Assembly: GCA_027491915.1 (NCBI GenBank) | Contig: JAOZGC010000002.1 | Span: forward strand, 623,331 to 687,330 | Length of the DNA stretch: 64,000 bases | Origin: Thermoproteota archaeon | GTDB taxonomy: Archaea; Korarchaeota; Korarchaeia; Korarchaeales; Korarchaeaceae | Reading direction: 5' to 3' | Part shown: positions 26,041-35,483 of the stretch, one piece after another | Layout of the letters: each line of letters opens with the position of its first letter | How positions within the stretch are numbered: the first letter of the stretch is position 1 | Translations under genes and position numbers: made by a program | The notes under the pieces: model-generated | What the model was told of the DNA's origin: nothing | The model's database searches: none | What the model saw: the letters and a program-made list of their open reading frames with translations, nothing else

Positions 26041-27096
26041 TCAGGGGGCGACCACCCCCCCGGCGGCCGCCACGGAAACCTCCCCGACCTGGACCTCGCC
26101 GTCCCCGTTGGAGTCCCTCCACTCGAGCAGGACGAAGGCGCCCGGGTAGATCCCGCGGGAGTTCTCCATCAGCCAGAGCAGGCCGGCCCTGGTCCCCTCG
26201 GGGGTCAGACCCGTCAGGTGGATCTCGGGCCAGCAGGCCCCGCACCCCGGTGGGTAGATCGCGGCCACCAGGCAGTAGCTCACCCCGGGCCCCGGGGCGT
26301 ACTCCGCGCCGCCCAGGCTCAGGGAGTACCCCTCCTCCACGCCTAGCCGGGAGAGGCGGAAGCCCCCCGGCGGCCAGGTGGACAGCCCCTCCCAGAAGTC
26401 GCCGGTCCGCCCCGGCCCGCCGACGACCAGCAGCGGCCCCCCTCCGCCCGGGGGCGGCAGCAGGTCCATGAGGACCCCCCACTCCGGGGCGGGCGAGGTG
26501 GACCACCCAGACGGGAAGTCGATCAGGGCCCTCGCGGTCCTCCCGACCTCGCCCGGGGGCAGCCTGGGACCGGATCTCCTCCTCCTGTAGACGGCCCAGG
26601 CCTTCTTGTCGGACCCCATCAGGACCAGGATCCTCCTCTGCCGGAACGACTTGCAGGTCTCCCCTCTCCCTTCCCCCCCACCTCCCCCGTCTCCGTTCCG
26701 GAGAGGGGGAGCTCCCGGGCCTGAGTCCAAATCCCCGTCGTCCTCGGCGCACACCTCCCACCGGACGAAGGAGTATCCCGGGCACCCGACGGCCGTCAGC
26801 TCCACCCCCTGATCCGGGTCGTACGCCGCCTCCAGCCGGCTGGCGACCAGGCCCGGCGGGTCGACCCGCACCCGGCACCCGATCCTCCTCCCCCCGACGT
26901 CCCTGACCCCGACGCTCAGGAGGTGCCTTCCGGGCTCCGGGGAGGGGCTGGGATTCTCGCCTCCCCCGGGGCTGCCGTCCAGCGGGGCCGCGGCCGGCGG
27001 GGCCGCCCCCGAACCCCCGGATCCCGGGTCGGCCGCGGCCGGGATCAGGAGGAGCCCCGCGAGCGATATGAAGAGAAATTCAAATATTGGCCGAAT
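26041..27096 (-). CDS. Secreted surface protein: signal peptide, InlB B-repeat-like domain, S-layer-like C-terminal domain; lacks a canonical start codon (ATT at 27096)
   Basis: Frame is open from 27126 to 26041; IRPIFEFLFISLAGLLLIPAAA signal; VELTAVGCPGYSFVRWE; LLVVGGPG...GTRAG...WRDSNGDG. Confidence 0.7.
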   Translation of the reverse strand: MRPIFEFLFISLAGLLLIPAAADPGSGGSGAAPPAAAPLDGSPGGGENPSPSPEPGRHLLSVGVRDVGGRRIGCRVRVDPPGLVASRLEAAYDPDQGVELTAVGCPGYSFVRWEVCAEDDGDLDSGPGAPPLRNGDGGGGGEGRGETCKSFRQRRILVLMGSDKKAWAVYRRRRSGPRLPPGEVGRTARALIDFPSGWSTSPAPEWGVLMDLLPPPGGGGPLLVVGGPGRTGDFWEGLSTWPPGGFRLSRLGVEEGYSLSLGGAEYAPGPGVSYCLVAAIYPPGCGACWPEIHLTGLTPEGTRAGLLWLMENSRGIYPGAFVLLEWRDSNGDGEVQVGEVSVAAAGGVVAP

Positions 27097-27229
27097 TCCC
27101 CTCCCTCCGGGCCCCTGGCCGGGGCTTCAATTTAAATGTAGGCCAGCCGTCCGGATTCAATTTTATCATATATTCCCTTAACGGCCAAATATCATGAACA
27201 AAATGTCGGGAGGCGCGCCGCGGGGCGCC

Positions 27230-28330
27230 TCAGTCCCCGGCGGCCCTGAACCTCCCCTCCAGCCTCTCCAGCACCTGCGGGAGAGTGGTGTACTCCATCT
27301 CCTCGGCCCCCAGCCTGTGGGGCATGAAGGGGCCGTGCCTCCTCATGTAGTCCGCCACCTCGTTGGCCATCGCCCTGGCCCTGTCGAAGGCCACGTCGGA
27401 GAACAGGTCGCTGGGCCCTATGAGCCTCCCCCTCCTCACGTTGAACCCCAGGGCCATCACCCTGGGGGGGCCGTCGAACCTGCTGGGCCTGGCGTCTGCC
27501 TCTGAGACGGGCATCAGGGGGCCGGCGTGGGACCCCCTCATCCAGCCCGCCACCAGGTGCGGGAACGTGAAGGGCTCGAGTATCTCCCCCAGGGCCGGGA
27601 ACCGGCTCTGGGCCCTGACCACCGCCACCGGGTCGTCCTTCCCTACGTACTTCCCGGCTATCAGGTTGAGCCTGGTGGTGCTGACGGCGGCCGCGGGCTC
27701 CCTGGGATCCTTGGCGTAGACCCTCCTCACGACGTACCGGCCCGGCTCCCCTATGAGCGCGAGGATGTCGTACATCTCCTCCGGGGCCGAGAGCTCGACG
27801 ACCCTGCCCTCCTTCACGTCCAGCACCTCGAACGCGAACCCCCGGTGGAGCTTGGGGGATATCACCAGGCCGGCGGTGTTGAAGGGGTCGGCGAACATCC
27901 TGAAGATGGGGAGGTTGAAGGCCCCGGGCTCGGTCTTGTCGGCCATGAACACCACGAAGGGCTCGGCTGGCCTCTCCTCGAACTCCAACTCGGCGAAGCC
28001 CGGCCCCATCCCCCTCAGGTTCCCGGAGAAAGCGTCCGACAGGAGATCCTGCCCCGCGCCGTAGAGGCCGAGCTCCCTGGCCACGTCGGTGGCCCTCTTG
28101 AAGGTCTCCCAGGCCAGGGAGTGCACCTCGCCGCTGCCCTCCCCGCGGAAGTGGGTCATGATCAGCTCCAGGTCGTCGCCGCACCTGGTGACGTAGAAGT
28201 CCTCTATCAGGCCCTCCTTCCTGGCCCGGGACAGCTCGGCCCTGGCGGCCTCCAGCAGGGGCTCCGGAGAGACGTGGTGCCCGGCCAGGCTCCCGACGTC
28301 CGCCTTTATGACCGAGATGGTGGTCCTCAT
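27230..28330 (-). CDS. fbp: Fructose-1,6-bisphosphate aldolase/phosphatase (class V FBPase)
   Basis: TISVIKADVGSLAGH, LYGAGQDLL, DKTEPGAFNLP, YVGKDDP, GWMRGSH, RFDGPPR, EMEYTTLP. Confidence 0.96.
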   Translation of the reverse strand: MRTTISVIKADVGSLAGHHVSPEPLLEAARAELSRARKEGLIEDFYVTRCGDDLELIMTHFRGEGSGEVHSLAWETFKRATDVARELGLYGAGQDLLSDAFSGNLRGMGPGFAELEFEERPAEPFVVFMADKTEPGAFNLPIFRMFADPFNTAGLVISPKLHRGFAFEVLDVKEGRVVELSAPEEMYDILALIGEPGRYVVRRVYAKDPREPAAAVSTTRLNLIAGKYVGKDDPVAVVRAQSRFPALGEILEPFTFPHLVAGWMRGSHAGPLMPVSEADARPSRFDGPPRVMALGFNVRRGRLIGPSDLFSDVAFDRARAMANEVADYMRRHGPFMPHRLGAEEMEYTTLPQVLERLEGRFRAAGD

Positions 28331-28361
28331 GTCGATCGGGCCGACCCACCGCGCCGGAATA

Positions 28362-28907
28362 TTAACGCTTCTCCCCGGTCGGGAGGCTCAGGTAGGCCGC
28401 CGCGGCCGCCAGCAGGGACAGGGACTCCGGGACCGCCGCCCCGGATCGGAGTCCCAGCGCCGCGTAGGCCAGCCAGGAGAGGGCTATGACCGCTGCCGCC
28501 GCAAGCCCGACCCCGATACCGGCCTGCGCCCAGGCGGAGAGGCAGGCGGCCGCCAGGGTGACGAACAGCGCCACCGACACCGCCAGGTGGATGACCCCGT
28601 AGGTTTCGTCGAGCACCCCCACCAGCTGGACCAACAGGCCGGTCAGGGCCAGCAGGATCCCCGTGGCCCTGAAGCGCGGGATCACCTCGGTCGTGGCGTC
28701 GACCACCACCAGGAACCCCGAGACGGCCAGGCCGACGTTGAAGGCGGCGGCCGCGGGGCTCTTCCCGGGGCGGCCCAGGTCGCTCAGGGCGTTGGTGAGG
28801 GGGCTGAATCCCGGATACTGGGCGGCCGCCCAGGAGGCGGCGGCCGCGGCCACCAGCAAGGCAGACACCCTGAGCGCCGTCTCCCTGTCCGGGAGCCTGC
28901 CGGCCAA
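28362..28907 (-). CDS. DUF998 family membrane protein
   Basis: FSPLTNALSDLG, AFNVGL, LVGVLDETYGVIH, AVPE. Confidence 0.8.
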   Translation of the reverse strand: MAGRLPDRETALRVSALLVAAAAASWAAAQYPGFSPLTNALSDLGRPGKSPAAAAFNVGLAVSGFLVVVDATTEVIPRFRATGILLALTGLLVQLVGVLDETYGVIHLAVSVALFVTLAAACLSAWAQAGIGVGLAAAAVIALSWLAYAALGLRSGAAVPESLSLLAAAAAYLSLPTGEKR

Positions 28908-28935
28908 GCTCCCACCCCCCGTCCGCCCGAGGGGC

Positions 28936-29634
28936 TCACCTCCCGACCGCGGCGGCCGCCCCGGCCGCCAGCTCCATCATCTTCTCCCTCGGCCTCGAAC
29001 TCTTGGCCACCGCCGAGGCCACCAGGACCCCGTCGGCCCCGAGCTCGATGGCCCTCCTCACGTCCTCCCCGGAGGACACCCCGGCCCCGCACAGCACCGC
29101 CACGTCGGGGCGGGCCCCCCTGACCAGGCGGACGGCCTCGCCGACGGCCTCTGGCCTGGCCCTGGACACCGACACCCCGGTCCCTATGAGCTCTGGGGGC
29201 TCGAAGGCCACCGCGGTGGGCCCGAGCGACGCGGCCGCCAGCGCCTCCCCAGGACCGCCGGCGCAGACTATGGACTGGAGGCCCTCCCCCTCCAGCATCC
29301 TCACCGCCCTCCCTATATCTGCCAGGAGCATCCTCCGCTCCGAGTGATTCAGGAGGGCCCCGGAGAAACCGTAGTCTCCGAGCAGAGAGGGACTGACGTG
29401 TCCCGTGTGCGGCCCGGCCGGCACTGGGTCCGCGTGCTGGACGTAGACCGGCACCTCGACGGCCTCCGCCACCCTCCAGGCGTCCAGCAGCGCCGGGGCG
29501 ATTCCCAGGGATATCCCCGTCTCGGACGAGACCTCCTCCGCGTGCCTGGCCAGCTCCACGGCCCTGGGGCCGGAAGACTCCCTGTAGAGCTTGAGGTTGA
29601 TTATTATCCTCGGGACCTCTCCCCCCATCATCAT
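28936..29634 (-). CDS. tpiA: Triosephosphate isomerase, archaeal type
   Basis: IINLKLY, QHAD, LNHSERR, AFEPPELIGTG, LCGAG, GVLVAS. Confidence 0.95.
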   Translation of the reverse strand: MMMGGEVPRIIINLKLYRESSGPRAVELARHAEEVSSETGISLGIAPALLDAWRVAEAVEVPVYVQHADPVPAGPHTGHVSPSLLGDYGFSGALLNHSERRMLLADIGRAVRMLEGEGLQSIVCAGGPGEALAAASLGPTAVAFEPPELIGTGVSVSRARPEAVGEAVRLVRGARPDVAVLCGAGVSSGEDVRRAIELGADGVLVASAVAKSSRPREKMMELAAGAAAAVGR

Positions 29635-29750
29635 CGGGGGATCCCCCCGGGGCGGTCCGATTTAACCGCGACCCAGGCGCCCGCCGGGCCGACCCGCCCG
29701 TCCCATCCCGTCCCGGATCCGATCTGATCTGATCTGTCGGACCGGCCCGG

Positions 29751-30134
29751 TCACCCCGACCCGCGCCCGTGCTCCCGGAAGCCCGGCCTCTCGGCCCACC
29801 CCTCGTCCACCCTGAGGGAGCCGGCCAGGAAGGCCGACACGACGTCCCCGACCCTGCCGGCCGCCCCGGTCACCACCCTTATGCCCATCTCCGAGAAGAA
29901 CCGCTGAGCCCTGGGACCCATGCCGTACGCCAGGACCACGTCGACCCCCAGGGACCTGAGGAAGTTGGGCAGGTCCCCGGGGCCGTGCTCCTCGAACGGG
30001 ACCCGGACGACCCTCGCCGACGAGACGCCTCCCCCCTCCGCGTCCACCAGCACGTAGTACCTGGCCCTCCCGAAGTGGGAGGCCACCCTGGAGTCAAGCC
30101 CCCCGTCGTCCTCGCACGGGACCGCCAGCCTCAA
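29751..30134 (-). CDS. NifB/NifX (COG1433) family protein
   Basis: VASHFGRARYY, EHGPGDLPNFL, GMGPRA. Confidence 0.88.
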   Translation of the reverse strand: MRLAVPCEDDGGLDSRVASHFGRARYYVLVDAEGGGVSSARVVRVPFEEHGPGDLPNFLRSLGVDVVLAYGMGPRAQRFFSEMGIRVVTGAAGRVGDVVSAFLAGSLRVDEGWAERPGFREHGRGSG

Positions 30135-30184
30135 AGGGATCGACCCCGGCGGAGGGGGGTCGGCCCGGCGCTTAAAAACCGCGC

Positions 30185-31087
30185 TCAGCCGTCCCGACCC
30201 GACCCCCCGCCCCTGGACCTGAGCTTCGAGTAGACCCCGTAGACCCCGCCGATCGCGCCGGCGGTGCCCGCCACTATGCCCACGATCTCCTTGTACCCCT
30301 CCAGCGGGGACCCGGGCCTGACCACCTCAAGGGTGTAGAAGTAGTCGGGGGAGACCGTCACCCTGCTCTCCCCCGCCGAGAACTCGAGGCTCAGGTCAAT
30401 CCGGTGGAGCCCGGGATCCAGGTTCTCGGGCAGGTCGATCCCGTAGGGTCCCAGGTCCGCCGACGTCCCGGGATCCAGGGTGGAGTTGAGCTCCTTCAGG
30501 ATGCAGGCGTCCCCCGGAATCCAGTCCGGGCATATGAGGACCGTCCCGAGGGTCACGCCCCAGTCCCAGCGATTCTCCACCCTAACGGATGCCTGGATCT
30601 CCCCGCCGGCGGGGACCTCCTCCGGATTCCCCAGGATCTCCCAGTCGATCGAGACCCTCGGCCTCCCGGACACCGTCACCCCGTACTCCTCGGTGATCCA
30701 CTCCTCCCGCCCCTCCCCTCCCTCCCCGGGGTACCTGTACCTTATCAGGAGGTGGTACCCGTGGTTCCCCGGGGGGACCTCCGGCACCGTCCCAACCACG
30801 GCCCCGAGGCTCCTGTTCTCCCCGGGCTCCAGCCTGAGCCCCCCGAGGTCCAGCTCGCCGACGGCCAGGTCGTCCAGGTACAGGGTGATGGAGTCCACCC
30901 AGGCGCTCCCGGGGCCGTCGTTCTCCATCCAGATGTGGACGGTCAGGTTTCCCCCGGGGAAGTGGGGGCCCGGCTCCTCCCAGAAGCCCACCGTCAGCTT
31001 CGGCTGGGCGGCCGCCATCCCGGCCGCGGCGGCAGCGGCCGAGATCAGGGCCAGGATCAGCGTCAAGGCGGCGGATCTCCAGGGCAT
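30185..31087 (-). CDS. Membrane-anchored surface protein with two Ig-like repeats
   Basis: Signal peptide; repeats LEPGENRSLG...VPPGNH and LDPGTSADLG...LDPGLH; C-terminal TM followed by basic residues. Confidence 0.8.
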   Translation of the reverse strand: MPWRSAALTLILALISAAAAAAGMAAAQPKLTVGFWEEPGPHFPGGNLTVHIWMENDGPGSAWVDSITLYLDDLAVGELDLGGLRLEPGENRSLGAVVGTVPEVPPGNHGYHLLIRYRYPGEGGEGREEWITEEYGVTVSGRPRVSIDWEILGNPEEVPAGGEIQASVRVENRWDWGVTLGTVLICPDWIPGDACILKELNSTLDPGTSADLGPYGIDLPENLDPGLHRIDLSLEFSAGESRVTVSPDYFYTLEVVRPGSPLEGYKEIVGIVAGTAGAIGGVYGVYSKLRSRGGGSGRDG

Positions 31088-31202
31088 GCGGCCTCGAAGG
31101 GGGGCGGGGGCGGATCGATATTAAGGTGAGGCCCCCCCTTCTCCTCTCCCCCCCTCCTCGAACCTCCCCTCTCCTCCCCTCACCACCAGCCCCGCCGGCC
31201 CC

Positions 31203-32063
31203 TCAGCGGAACCTCTCCAGGAGGCCGGCCACGTCCACCCTCGGGGGCCTGTCCACCAGGGGGACGCCCGAGAGGTGGGGGAGCCTGTCCAGGAGGGTCG
31301 GCCTGTCGACCTGGTAGAACACGCCTATGGGTATCCTCTCCCCCCCAGTGACCTCCTCCTCCCTGGCCCTGCGCATGGCCTCGTTCCAGTCCGAGGGGTC
31401 GTGCCCGTCATCCTCGAGCTTGTAGACCCTCTCCCTGTAGTAGCCGTAGGTGTCGTAGAAGGTGTAGCAGGGCTGGAGCACGTCCACGAAGGCGAAACCC
31501 CTGTGACGCAGGGCCCTCTCCAGGACCTCCTCGAGGTGCCTCAGGTCCCCGGAGAAGGCCCTGGCCACGAACGTGGCCCCCATGGCCAGGACCGCCGCTA
31601 TCGGGTTGATGGGCTCCTCCGGGGTCCCGAAGGGGGTGGACCTGGTCCTCATGCCCAGGGGGGTCGTAGGGGTCGCCTGGCCCGTCGTCAGGCCGAAGAC
31701 CTTGTTGTCGTGGACCACGTAGGTCAGGTCCACGTTCCTCCTGGCGGCGTGCGGCAGGTGGCCGATCCCTATGGCGTAGGCGTCGCCGTCCCCCGCGAAG
31801 CCCACCACCGTGAGCCGCGGGTTGGCCAGCTTTATCCCGGTGGCCAGGGGCAGGACCCTGCCGTGTATGGTGTGGAAGCTGTTCAGGGCCAGGTAGTCCC
31901 CGATCTTGCCGTGGCAGCCTATCCCGGTGACCACCACCACCTCCCAGGGCTCCAGCCCGAGCCTGGAGACGACCGACTTGAAGGCCTGGAGTACGGCGAA
32001 GTTGCCGCAGCCCGGGCACCAGGTGTTCTTCTTGGCCGTCCCTAGCTCCGCGACGCTCACCAA
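31203..32063 (-). CDS. korB: 2-oxoacid:ferredoxin oxidoreductase beta subunit
   Basis: TWCPGCGNF, GIGCHG, HGRVLP, GDGD, GLTTGQATPTT, LQPC; substrate specificity unknown. Confidence 0.93.
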   Translation of the reverse strand: MVSVAELGTAKKNTWCPGCGNFAVLQAFKSVVSRLGLEPWEVVVVTGIGCHGKIGDYLALNSFHTIHGRVLPLATGIKLANPRLTVVGFAGDGDAYAIGIGHLPHAARRNVDLTYVVHDNKVFGLTTGQATPTTPLGMRTRSTPFGTPEEPINPIAAVLAMGATFVARAFSGDLRHLEEVLERALRHRGFAFVDVLQPCYTFYDTYGYYRERVYKLEDDGHDPSDWNEAMRRAREEEVTGGERIPIGVFYQVDRPTLLDRLPHLSGVPLVDRPPRVDVAGLLERFR

Positions 32064-32064
32064 C

Positions 32065-33786
32065 TCAGATCGCCTCCCCCATCCCCTCCAGCACGTCCTC
32101 GTGGGTTATGGGCCTCCCGTCGTACCTGAGCACGGTCCCGTCCACCCCGATCCCGGTCTCCATCCTCAGGAGCCTCGCCAGCTGACCGGTGGCGTTGTTC
32201 TCCACGGAGTATATCTCCCCCGCGTTGGAGAGGGCCCTCTGCGCCTCCTCCGACGGGAAGGGCCAGAGGACCACGAACCGGACGAACCTGACCCTCCTCC
32301 CCCTCTCCCTCAGCCTCGCCGCCGCCTCAAGCACGGCGCCGCGGGTGGAGCCCCAGCCCACCAGCGTGACCTCCGGGTCCGGGTCCCCCACCACCTCCAG
32401 GGACCTGCCCCTCAGGGCCTCCCTCACACCCAGCAGCTTCCTCAGCCTCTTCTCGGTCATGGCCCTGGCGGTGTCGGGGTTCTCCTCGGCCCAACCCCTC
32501 TCGTTGTGCTCCGAGCTGTTCTGCTTCACTATGGCACCCCTCGTCCCCGGCAGGGCCCTCGGGGAGATCCCGGACTCGGTCAGGGCGTACCTTAGGTACT
32601 CGCCGGGCCCCCTCCACTCCCCGGATATGAGCTCCCCCCTGTCCACCTCCACCCTGGACGGGTCGGGCGCCCTCACCGTGAAGTAGCTCTCGGCCAGGTG
32701 CTTGTCCGTGATCACTATGACCGGGATCTGGAACCTCTCCGCTATGTTGAAGGCCTCCGCCGACAGGTAGAAGGCCTCCTCCGGGTCGGCCGGGGCAAGC
32801 ACGGCCCTCGGGAACTCCCCCTGGGACGCGGTTATGGCGAAGAGGAGGTCTCCCTGGGAGGTGTAGGTCGGCAGCCCCGTGCTGGGGCCGGGCCTCTGGA
32901 CCAGGAATATGACCAGGGGAGTCTCGGTGGCGCCCGCCTGGCCGAGCCCCTCGACCATGAGGGAGAACCCTCCCCCCGACGTCCCGGTGGCCGCCCGGAC
33001 CCCAGCGTAGGCCGCCCCGGTGGCCATGACCACGGCCGCTATCTCGCTCTCCGTCTGGACGACCCCTATGCCGGCCTCCCTCTGGACCCCGGCCAGGTAG
33101 TGCAGTATGGGGGAGGCCGGGGTCATGGGGTAGGCCGCGTAGAACCTCATCCCCCCTGCCAGCGCCCCCAGGGCGCAGGCCTCGTTCCCCGTGATGAGCA
33201 CCCTGTCCCCCCGGCCCCCCACGGGCTCGACCCTCATGCCCTCCGGCAGCGGATTCCGGGCCGCCAGCTCGTACCCCCTCCTGGCCAGGGCGGCGTTCAC
33301 CCGGTACACCTCCGGCGGGAACTCGTCGCCCATGACCGACAGGAGCAGGTCTAGGTCGTACCCCAGGGCCCCCAGCAGGGCCCCCAGGGCGGCGGAGTTC
33401 CTGACGACCCTCCTGGCCCCAGCCTCCCTGGCCCAGGAGGTGGCCGGGATCGGGTAGGCCGCGGCCCGCCCCGGGGGCTCCGCCCCGGCCGAGGCGTCTG
33501 AGTCGAAGACCACGGGACCGCCCGGGCGGACCTCCCCCCCGAAGGACCCCAGGATGTCCCCGTTCAGGGCCACGAGCGCGTCCACCCCCCTGCGCGGGGC
33601 GGACACCTCGGAGTCCGACACCCGGACCAGGTGGAGGTTCCTGCCCCCCCTTATCAGGGATGGGTAGTCGAAGACGGAGACCACGGTGAGGCCGCCCCTG
33701 ACGAAGGCCTTCCCCAGCAGGTACCCCGCCTGCCGGACCCCGTCGCCGGCCTCTCCCCCTATCAGCACGTTGAGGTCCATCCCCAT
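32065..33786 (-). CDS. korA: 2-oxoacid:ferredoxin oxidoreductase alpha subunit (fused gamma-alpha)
   Basis: GGEAGDGV, YPSLIRGG, YPMTPAS, TGTSGGGFSLM, RPGPSTGLPT, VENNATGQL. Confidence 0.93.
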   Translation of the reverse strand: MGMDLNVLIGGEAGDGVRQAGYLLGKAFVRGGLTVVSVFDYPSLIRGGRNLHLVRVSDSEVSAPRRGVDALVALNGDILGSFGGEVRPGGPVVFDSDASAGAEPPGRAAAYPIPATSWAREAGARRVVRNSAALGALLGALGYDLDLLLSVMGDEFPPEVYRVNAALARRGYELAARNPLPEGMRVEPVGGRGDRVLITGNEACALGALAGGMRFYAAYPMTPASPILHYLAGVQREAGIGVVQTESEIAAVVMATGAAYAGVRAATGTSGGGFSLMVEGLGQAGATETPLVIFLVQRPGPSTGLPTYTSQGDLLFAITASQGEFPRAVLAPADPEEAFYLSAEAFNIAERFQIPVIVITDKHLAESYFTVRAPDPSRVEVDRGELISGEWRGPGEYLRYALTESGISPRALPGTRGAIVKQNSSEHNERGWAEENPDTARAMTEKRLRKLLGVREALRGRSLEVVGDPDPEVTLVGWGSTRGAVLEAAARLRERGRRVRFVRFVVLWPFPSEEAQRALSNAGEIYSVENNATGQLARLLRMETGIGVDGTVLRYDGRPITHEDVLEGMGEAI

Positions 33787-33849
33787 CGGCCCGGCCGCCC
33801 CGGACGTAAGATAAAAATTCTTTCCAATTTCTCCGGCCCCGCGGGGCGC

Positions 33850-34317
33850 TCAGGCGTCCGGCCTGAGGAGCCTCCTGACGTACACTATGTCCCGCCTGAC
33901 CTCGTATCCGAGGCTCCGAAACAGGGAGAGGGATGCCTCGTTCCCCTCCTCCACCAGGGCCGAGAAGACCTCCGCCCCCATCCCGGCCAGGGCGGCCTCT
34001 GCCGCCCGGACCAGGGAGGACCCGATTCCCCTCCTCCTGAAGTCCGGGTGGACCGCCAGCCTGTTTATCCAACCCTTCCTCCCGTCGAAGGTGGCCACGG
34101 TCACCCCCACCAGCCTGCCGCCCGAGTAGGCCCCCAGGAACACCACGTGATCGTCTTCGAACTGCCTGGCCAGGGATTCGGGGCTGTCCCTCCCCCTGGG
34201 TCTGTGGGGGAGGCCGGCCGCCTCCCACAGGGAGATAACGCTCCTGAGCTCGCCCGGCGGGATCTCCCTTATCTCGATCCCGCCTCCCCTATCCCCCCGG
34301 TCCACGCCCGCCGTCAC
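33850..34317 (-). CDS. GNAT family N-acetyltransferase
   Basis: DGRKGWINRLAVHPDFRRRGIGSSL, NEASLSLFRSLGY. Confidence 0.9.
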   Translation of the reverse strand: MTAGVDRGDRGGGIEIREIPPGELRSVISLWEAAGLPHRPRGRDSPESLARQFEDDHVVFLGAYSGGRLVGVTVATFDGRKGWINRLAVHPDFRRRGIGSSLVRAAEAALAGMGAEVFSALVEEGNEASLSLFRSLGYEVRRDIVYVRRLLRPDA

Positions 34318-34379
34318 CAGTCCGCCCGCCCGGTCCGCCCGGGAAAAATTCTTACGCTCGACCCCGCGCCCCCCCGGAG

Positions 34380-35483
34380 ATGGACGTCGGCGGAAGAATT
34401 CCGGCGGCAGCCCTGGCCGCCGCGGCCCTCACCCTAATCGCGCTGGCCCTCCTCTCTGCCCTTCCCGGGCCGGGCCCGGGTCCCACCCCGGGCCCCGACC
34501 AGGGTCCCGAGACGGGCGGGGGACCCCCGGGGGCCGCGGAAAACTCGTCGGCGCCGGATAACAGGACCGAGCTGAGGAGCCTGGACTACTACGCCCTCTT
34601 CCTGGACGAGCTCACCAAGCCCAGGTACCTGACGATGACCCACAGGGAGTTCGCCCTCAGGGTGTCCCAGGGGTGGGAGCCGCCCGGGGACAGGGTCGTC
34701 GTCCTCATCAGGCACGACGTGGATCACGACCCGGAGACGGCCCTAGAGATGGCCGAGATGGAGAGGGAGAGGAACCTGACGGCCAGCTACTACTTCAGGG
34801 TCAGGGCGGACGACTACAACGCCCTGTCGGAGCGGGTATCCTCCATCATCAGGGAGATAAGCTCCTGGGGATTCGAGGTCGGCCTCCACTACGAGGACCT
34901 GTACGCGGCCAACTACAGCGTCGGGAGGGCCGTGGAGCTGCTCAGGCTCGACCTCCAGATCATCAGGTCGGTGGTGCCGACCGTCGACACCGCCTGCGCC
35001 CACGGCAACAGGGCGGACATGCCGGTCACCAACGACAGGATATTCGAGCTCTCCGGCACGGACCCGTCCGACTTCGGCCTGGTGGCCGAGTGCTACAACA
35101 CGGTCCTGCCGCTGGTCCGCAGGTTCCAGCACAGGTACGTGGGGGACAACATGGGGAGGGCCGTGGACTGGATCCGGGAGGTCAGGAACGCCGAGCCCGG
35201 GTGGATAGAGGTCCTTCTGATACATCCGTGCTACTACGCCAGGCGCGGCGGGCCCACGAACCGGCCCGGGTTGACCTCCACCAGGGCCCTGACTTCGGAG
35301 GGGTCGTACCCCCTGGACAGGAGGTGCCCCGCCAGCCTGAGCAGGGTGAGGGGGTCCGACCTGTCCCTGCCGCTGTCGCTGTCCACCAGGATCCTGTCCC
35401 CCCTGTCCGCCCATGACGACGACAGGGCCCTCTCCACGTCGGCGAAGTCGCACTTACCGGGCTGGACCGTCAGGCCCACGTAG
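34380..35483 (+). CDS. Membrane-anchored polysaccharide deacetylase-like protein; true 3' end may be near 35240
   Basis: N-terminal TM; IRHDVD, ASYYFR, GFEVGLHYE, CAHGN, LLIHP. Confidence 0.75.
   Translation: MDVGGRIPAAALAAAALTLIALALLSALPGPGPGPTPGPDQGPETGGGPPGAAENSSAPDNRTELRSLDYYALFLDELTKPRYLTMTHREFALRVSQGWEPPGDRVVVLIRHDVDHDPETALEMAEMERERNLTASYYFRVRADDYNALSERVSSIIREISSWGFEVGLHYEDLYAANYSVGRAVELLRLDLQIIRSVVPTVDTACAHGNRADMPVTNDRIFELSGTDPSDFGLVAECYNTVLPLVRRFQHRYVGDNMGRAVDWIREVRNAEPGWIEVLLIHPCYYARRGGPTNRPGLTSTRALTSEGSYPLDRRCPASLSRVRGSDLSLPLSLSTRILSPLSAHDDDRALSTSAKSHLPGWTVRPT

Noticed and set aside
29695-29740. Short GATCT and CCCGT iterations between tpiA and the NifX-like gene
   Set aside because: Only three to four imperfect units; too weak to call functional
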